DNA of 64,000 bases from Bacteriovoracaceae bacterium (GTDB taxonomy: Bacteria > Bdellovibrionota > Bacteriovoracia > Bacteriovoracales > Bacteriovoracaceae), in assembly GCA_048270185.1 (NCBI GenBank), contig JBLWTJ010000001.1, positions 1,472,001-1,536,000 on the forward strand, read 5' to 3'. The translations under genes were made by a program, and so were the position numbers. A model generated the notes under the pieces. It searched no databases, was not told the origin of the DNA, and saw only the letters and a list, made by a program, of their open reading frames with translations. Of this stretch, positions 58,387-64,000 are shown in pieces (position 1 is the stretch's first letter; each line of letters begins with the position of its first letter).

Positions 58387-59634
58387 ATGATCAAGCTTCC
58401 TAAAGTTTTACAATACCCGAATTTTAGAAGGCTCTATATAGCGGGACTTACTTCAGAGTTAGGCTCATTTGTATCAGAAACAGCATTAATGCTATTGGTT
58501 TTTGAGTTATCAAATCACAACAAGAGCTATCTTGGAGCTGCTCGCGCAGTATTTCTTTTTTTCCTAACAATAGGAAACCTCATAGGAGGTGTCATTGGTG
58601 AAAAGTATAATCGCCGCAGTGTACTCCTCTTTACCAACTATATAAGAATTCCGATTATCTTTGCCATCATTTTTGCTAAATCGCCAGAGGTGGTTATTCT
58701 CTGTGATGGACTCATTGCACTTTTTACAGGGATGTATAATCCAACTCGTCAAGCAATGGTCAATGATATCGTTCCCCAGAAAGATATGGGGAAGGCCAAT
58801 GCACTTTTTGGCTCGGCCTTTGCCGTTCTACATATGATAGGTCCATTTGTAGGGGCCACAATGTTTACGGCCTTTGGTGGAATTAAAGAAGTTGTCGCAC
58901 TTGATTTCATCACCTATATCTTAGGAATCTTCTTTATCATGATGATCTCTTACAAACCTCCTAAGAATCCAGAGATTTCGGAAAGCTTTGTCTTAGAGAT
59001 AAAAAACGGTATGAAGTATGCGTATAAGCAAAAAGAGCTCTTTGCCATAATCTCAAATGTCATCATCGAAGGTCTGGTGCTAGGTTTTCTTTTTCCTTTA
59101 ATTCTTCCATATCTAACAGAAGTTTTAAATGTCACAAAGCAAGACTATGGTATTGCCTTAGCAATCTTTGGACTCGGCGGTCTCTTCGGAGGCTGGGCCA
59201 GTTCAACAATCCTTAAGAATCAATCCGTTGGAAAAATTATTATAACGGCGCTCTATATTGAGCCTATATTAATGATGACTTGGCTCTTAAGCGCTTCATA
59301 TGTCTCAACCATTATTATCTTCTTTATTTGGGGTTTCACTGTCTTTGTTAGAATTACAAGTCAGCTTAATTTTGTTTCCCTTAAGGTTGAATCTAAATAT
59401 CTTGCAAGAATTTTTGCACTCCTTGATCTAGGTTTTGTTGTCCCTAATATACTAGGTGGAATTATCCTTACTTTTGTTGGTAATAGCTTCAAAACTGATC
59501 AAATCCTCTACATCGTAGGAATTGCCTTCTGTGCACTTATTTTCCCAAGAATGTTATTCTCAGATATGAAGGCACTTTTTAATGTAAATAACGAAACTGT
59601 CGATAGGGATACATCAATACAAGACTCTATTTAA
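58387..59634 (+). CDS. MFS transporter (MFS_3/DHA3-like)
   Basis: About 12 TM helices; NFRRLY, motif-A-like GVIGEKYNRR, YLARIFA. Confidence 0.88.
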   Translation: MIKLPKVLQYPNFRRLYIAGLTSELGSFVSETALMLLVFELSNHNKSYLGAARAVFLFFLTIGNLIGGVIGEKYNRRSVLLFTNYIRIPIIFAIIFAKSPEVVILCDGLIALFTGMYNPTRQAMVNDIVPQKDMGKANALFGSAFAVLHMIGPFVGATMFTAFGGIKEVVALDFITYILGIFFIMMISYKPPKNPEISESFVLEIKNGMKYAYKQKELFAIISNVIIEGLVLGFLFPLILPYLTEVLNVTKQDYGIALAIFGLGGLFGGWASSTILKNQSVGKIIITALYIEPILMMTWLLSASYVSTIIIFFIWGFTVFVRITSQLNFVSLKVESKYLARIFALLDLGFVVPNILGGIILTFVGNSFKTDQILYIVGIAFCALIFPRMLFSDMKALFNVNNETVDRDTSIQDSI

Positions 59635-59646
59635 GAAGGTTATCAT

Positions 59647-60708
59647 ATGACAACGATATGGTTAAGAGACGAGGACAAAGCATTTGAGAAACGCACTCCT
59701 CTAACACCAGAGAACGCAAAGAAACTACTTGATGCTGGCTTTGAAGTCATTGTCGAAGAAGCAAAAGATCGCATCTTCCCTATAAGTGAATACGAAGCTG
59801 TTGGCTGTAAAATAGTACCTAGTCACTCTTGGATTACTGATGCTCCAGTAAATGACGACACTTTTATTTTGGGACTTAAAGAATTAAAAGAAGATGACAC
59901 ATTCCCACTAAAAAGAAATCATATCTATTTCGCTCATATCTATAAAGGCCAACATGGAGCTGAGCAAGTATTTAATCGCTACCGAGAAGGTGGGGGAACA
60001 CTATTTGATCTCGAGTTCTTAGTCAATGAGGACAAAAGGCGTGTGGCGGCCTTTGGCTATTGGGCCGGCTATGTTGGTGCAGCATTAAGCGTTGAGAATT
60101 TCTTCTCTGATAAACCAGCGCCACTGAAGCATTACTCTTCAAAGAATGAATGGTTAGAAGTTATTAATAAGAAAAGACAAGGAAAACGCAACCCATGCAC
60201 ATTTATCATTGGAGCACTCGGTCGCTGTGGAAGTGGAGCAAGAGAGCTTCTCTCAGATCTAGAGCTTGAATCAATTAATTGGGATGTTCAAGAAACACAA
60301 GTTGGAGGACCTTTTAGTGAAATTATCAATGCTGATATTTTCATTAATACTGTTCTAATGACAAAGAAGATTTCACCGTTCCTAGATAAATCACTAATGG
60401 AGAAGAATCAGCATCTTTCATATATCTGTGATGTTAGTTGTGATCCAAATAGCGATCTCAACCCTATTCCAATTTATGACATTCATACAACTTGGGATAA
60501 ACCACTTCATAAGATTGAAAGTTCACTTGATCATGAGTGTAATATTATTGCTATTGATAATCTTCCTTCGGCCTTACCTAGAGAGAGTTCAATTGATTAC
60601 TCAGATCAACTGATTGCTCATTTGCTTGAGCTTAAGAATGCGAAGAATTACTACACTTGGAAACATGCTAAAGAAATTTTTGAAGAGAAAAAGTCTACAA
60701 ATAACTAG
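59647..60708 (+). CDS. Saccharopine dehydrogenase, Lys1-type (AlaDH/PNT fold)
   Basis: WLRDE.K.FEKRTPLTP, GLKEL, FAHIYKGQ, DLEFL, RVAAFG, GALGRCGSGA, DVSCD, IDNLPS.LPRESS. Confidence 0.85.
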   Translation: MTTIWLRDEDKAFEKRTPLTPENAKKLLDAGFEVIVEEAKDRIFPISEYEAVGCKIVPSHSWITDAPVNDDTFILGLKELKEDDTFPLKRNHIYFAHIYKGQHGAEQVFNRYREGGGTLFDLEFLVNEDKRRVAAFGYWAGYVGAALSVENFFSDKPAPLKHYSSKNEWLEVINKKRQGKRNPCTFIIGALGRCGSGARELLSDLELESINWDVQETQVGGPFSEIINADIFINTVLMTKKISPFLDKSLMEKNQHLSYICDVSCDPNSDLNPIPIYDIHTTWDKPLHKIESSLDHECNIIAIDNLPSALPRESSIDYSDQLIAHLLELKNAKNYYTWKHAKEIFEEKKSTNN

Positions 60709-60730
60709 ATCTTTTGCTCCTGAGGCAACA

Positions 60731-60752
60731 AAGCCGGGCCTGAACCCGGCTT
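60731..60752. terminator. Likely bidirectional terminator between convergent genes
   Basis: AAGCCGGG-cctgaa-CCCGGCTT. Confidence 0.6.
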
Positions 60753-60786
60753 ATTGAAATAGTATTTTAGCTAAAGACTGGGGCGC

Positions 60787-62820
60787 TTAAATAAGCCCAC
60801 CACGTCTAAGCAGTGCATCGACTTCTGGCTCACGGCCACGAAATCTCTTATATAAATCCATCGGATGCTCCGAACCACCTTTCTCAAGGATATTTTCTCT
60901 AAAGCGATCAGCAATTGTTGTATTGAAGATCCCCTCTTCAAGAAATAGCTCGAAAGCATCTGCATCTAGAACTTCGGCCCATTTATATGAGTAATAACCA
61001 GCAGAGTAACCACCAGCAAAGATGTGACCAAATGAAGTTGAAGTCATTGTGCCAGGAACTTTTGGTAGAAGTTGTACGTCTTGAGTTGCAAGAGCTTCAA
61101 ATTCTTCAACACTTGTGATTGTTGAAGGATCACCTGAATGCCAGGCCATATCAAGAAGTCCAAGACTTAATTGTCGAATCGTGTGACGACCTTCACCAAA
61201 GTTAGAACTATCTTTTAGCTTTTGAACTAGTTCTGCAGGTATTAACTCTCCTGTTTCGTAGTGCTTAGCAAATAGATCAAGACATTCTTTTTCAAATGCC
61301 CAGTTTTCCATAATTTGAGATGGAAGCTCTACAAAGTCCCAGAATACATTTGGGCCAGAAAGCATACGGTACTGACACTTAGTAAGAATACCGTGAAGGG
61401 CGTGTCCAAATTCATGGAATAATGTTGTCACTTCATTGAAAGTTAAAAGTGATGGCTTCGTCTTAGTTGGCTTTGTGAAATTACAGACATTAGCAATATG
61501 TGGACGTACATCTTCACCATTTAGAACATATTGTTCTCTGAAGGCCGTCATCCATGCTCCACCTCTTTTAGAAGCACGTGGGAAGTAATCCCCATAGAAT
61601 AGAGAGATGAAATTTCCATCACGATCAGTGATTTCATAAGTCATAACATCTTCGTGATATTTTGGAACATTATTAACTTCTTTGAAATTTAGGCCATAAA
61701 GCTTTGTTGCAACTTCAAATACACCATTTAAAACGTTTTCTAATTTAAAGTATGGCTTAAGCATTTCATCATCAATGCTATATCTTTCTTTCTTAAGCTT
61801 CTCGTAATAGTACATATAGTCCCAAGAAGCGAAGTCTTCGATACCATCTTGTTCTTTTGCATAGGCCTTCACTTCATCCATATGCTCGATTGCTGATGGC
61901 ATGGCCTTGTCTTTAAGTTGATTTAGAAGATCGAATACATTCTTTGCACTCATGGCCATACGCTCTTCTAGAATATAGTCAGCGTGGCTCTTGTAGCCAA
62001 GAATTCCTGCTCGCTCATATCTAAGTTTTGCAATTCTCTTTACGATTTCTTGGTTATCAAGATCGTCACCTTTTGCACACTTTGTTCCTGAAGCAATCGT
62101 CATTTGCTTTCTTAGTTCACGATTTTTCGCATATGTAATAAATGGACCAAAGCTTGGATAATCAAGAGTGAAGACCCATTTACCATCATGACCTTTTTCA
62201 GTTGCTGTCATTGCGGCTGCTTCAATTAGACCTTCTGGAAGTCCAGCTAGGTCAGCTTCATTATCAAGAACCATTTCAAATTTATTAGTTTCTTTTAGTA
62301 AATGATCTGAGAACTCCAGTCCAAGCTTTGAAAGCTCTTCATCGATCTTTCTAACTTTATTCTTATCATCTTCGCTTAAAAGAGCTCCATTTCTTACGAA
62401 ACCTTTATAGATTTTATTAAGAAGAGTTAGTTGTTCTGCATTTAGGTTTTCGTTTTCTTTATTATCAAAAACAACTTTAACTTTTGCGAAAAGTTCTGCA
62501 TCAAGGTTAACGTCATTCCCATGAGCTGTTAAAAGAGGAGAGAACTCCTTGGCAATCTCATTCATTTCATCATCTGTATTAGCTGATTTTAAGTTAAAGA
62601 AAATCATTGAAATATCTTCAATAGCACTTCCTGAAGTTGCATATGGTTCGATGATATTTTCAAATGTTAACTCGCCATCAAATTTTTTGATCGCCTCGAT
62701 TTCTTCCTTATGCATCTTGATCGCTTCTTTGATCGCTGGCATATAGTGTTCGTTCTTAATTGTATCAAATGGCCTTGCACCATAAGCGTTTGTGAATTTT
62801 TCTAATAATGGATTAGACAT
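60787..62820 (-). CDS. dcp: M3-family metallopeptidase (peptidyl-dipeptidase Dcp-like)
   Basis: KRGGAWM, FHEFGHALH, DFVELPSQ, GGYSAGYYSYKWAE. Confidence 0.88.
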   Translation of the reverse strand: MSNPLLEKFTNAYGARPFDTIKNEHYMPAIKEAIKMHKEEIEAIKKFDGELTFENIIEPYATSGSAIEDISMIFFNLKSANTDDEMNEIAKEFSPLLTAHGNDVNLDAELFAKVKVVFDNKENENLNAEQLTLLNKIYKGFVRNGALLSEDDKNKVRKIDEELSKLGLEFSDHLLKETNKFEMVLDNEADLAGLPEGLIEAAAMTATEKGHDGKWVFTLDYPSFGPFITYAKNRELRKQMTIASGTKCAKGDDLDNQEIVKRIAKLRYERAGILGYKSHADYILEERMAMSAKNVFDLLNQLKDKAMPSAIEHMDEVKAYAKEQDGIEDFASWDYMYYYEKLKKERYSIDDEMLKPYFKLENVLNGVFEVATKLYGLNFKEVNNVPKYHEDVMTYEITDRDGNFISLFYGDYFPRASKRGGAWMTAFREQYVLNGEDVRPHIANVCNFTKPTKTKPSLLTFNEVTTLFHEFGHALHGILTKCQYRMLSGPNVFWDFVELPSQIMENWAFEKECLDLFAKHYETGELIPAELVQKLKDSSNFGEGRHTIRQLSLGLLDMAWHSGDPSTITSVEEFEALATQDVQLLPKVPGTMTSTSFGHIFAGGYSAGYYSYKWAEVLDADAFELFLEEGIFNTTIADRFRENILEKGGSEHPMDLYKRFRGREPEVDALLRRGGLI

Positions 62821-62851
62821 ATTAACTCCTCAATAGATTTTTATGATGAAC

Positions 62852-64000
62852 TTACTCTGAACGGAATCTGAAGGCCATAAGAGAGGCCAGAATTAGCCAG
62901 AGCGTCACAGATAAAACTAGCATATTTTTAGTGAAAGCTAAACTTGTAAAGGCCAATAATAATGCGGAAATCGCCATCTTTGACGCACGATACACAATCA
63001 TATCCACAATATATTTGGCCCCATACTTCTGTTCCTTCGATAATGGGAAGTAGAGCATCTCTTTGGCCGCAGAAAAGATGGAATAATCAAGTCCTTTAAA
63101 ACCAACAAAGAGAATGGCCGTTCCTAAAAGGCCTAAGTACTGAAATAGATCGAGAACGATGAGGAATCCAAATACGACAGGAATTAAAATATGAACAGTA
63201 CTCACCTTTAAATATTTTAAAACAATCGGTATGAGAAGAATTTGAACAACCAATGACACAACATTTATGGCCGAATAAATATTGCCTAAGTAAGCCCCCT
63301 TGGCATTTGCATCATTAAAAACTTCAAGCCCTAAATTAAATTTATAATTGGCGAGGTTAATAACAAATTGAGAAAGAATAATGAGACCACAAATATAGGC
63401 GACATAGGATCTTCTATCCCCTAGTGAAGATATAGGAGAACTCTCTTTTAATTGTAGGTATTGTTTTTGTGTAAAGCTAAAAATTAAAAGAGTGGCGGTG
63501 AGAATCCCCATCCCAAGTCCTGCCGCACCATAAACTCCAAAAGACTTAATTGTGGAAGATGTAATTAAGCCACCAAAAACACCACCTAAAGATCCTAGAG
63601 CACCAAGAGGTCCGTAAACAAGCTTGGCAGTTTTAATATTGATAACAGAGTTTAAGTAACCAAGAGATAAGTGAACAACAAGGATGATATATACTTCTTT
63701 CCAGACAGCAAAGACACCACTTCCAAAGTTTATGCCAAAGTAAACACATCCAATGGCACTGGTCATAATGATGACACTCGTAACAACCACAAGGTTGAAA
63801 ATGAAACCAATAGATTTCGACTTTTGCAGGTAATTGATAAAGCTCACACTAAGAGCAAGGAAAGCAACAGAAGTAAGCCAAATCCAAGGAGTACTCTTTG
63901 CTCCAAAGCTTTGAATAAACAGGGCCGTCGAAGATGAGCGCACCATAGGGTAAGAGAAGAAAGTCAGGAATAGAGTAATTGTGACGAGGAATATATTCTT
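62852..64000 (-). CDS. NTT/TLC-family (ATP/ADP translocase-like) transporter; N-terminus lies outside the window
   Basis: Frame open to the edge (KNIFLVTITLFLTFFSYPMVRS); KGLDYSI...KEMLYFPLS.EQKY.AK..VD...YR motif; multiple TM helices. Confidence 0.75.
   Translation of the reverse strand, partial: KNIFLVTITLFLTFFSYPMVRSSSTALFIQSFGAKSTPWIWLTSVAFLALSVSFINYLQKSKSIGFIFNLVVVTSVIIMTSAIGCVYFGINFGSGVFAVWKEVYIILVVHLSLGYLNSVINIKTAKLVYGPLGALGSLGGVFGGLITSSTIKSFGVYGAAGLGMGILTATLLIFSFTQKQYLQLKESSPISSLGDRRSYVAYICGLIILSQFVINLANYKFNLGLEVFNDANAKGAYLGNIYSAINVVSLVVQILLIPIVLKYLKVSTVHILIPVVFGFLIVLDLFQYLGLLGTAILFVGFKGLDYSIFSAAKEMLYFPLSKEQKYGAKYIVDMIVYRASKMAISALLLAFTSLAFTKNMLVLSVTLWLILASLMAFRFRSE

Overview
AT-rich, gene-dense bacterial chromosome segment. 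Gene content (Cys-rich secreted hypotheticals, a C-terminal RxPAS motif, many sigma-28-like promoters before unknown genes) suggests a predatory Bdellovibrionota/Bacteriovoracia genome such as Halobacteriovorax; this is an inference. Core genes: mltD, rplU-rpmA-obgE-rsfS-rlmH, trpS, alaS, pckA, hemJ, typA, murG, a DEAD-box helicase, oppABC-like genes, CBS/CGL, dcp, tRNA-fMet and tRNA-Leu. I saw no integrase, transposase, prophage or CRISPR array. Most notable observations: (1) a structured tandem duplication of the tRNA-fMet 3' end that retains an in-register decayed tRNA segment; (2) a PhaR-type regulator, a beta-barrel and two ArsA/Get3 ATPases with complementary active-site losses; (3) a translationally coupled Suv3 helicase, DUF455 ferritin-like and ATP-grasp-like trio; (4) seven recurring sigma-28-like promoters, with three downstream proteins ending in an Ala-Ala putative degron; (5) a secreted PLD plus Cys-rich protein cluster; (6) a LolB-like lipoprotein, a dead PP2C, an atypical AlaRS, a Lys1-type dehydrogenase and an NTT-family transporter. 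All calls come from reading motifs by eye; no searches were run.
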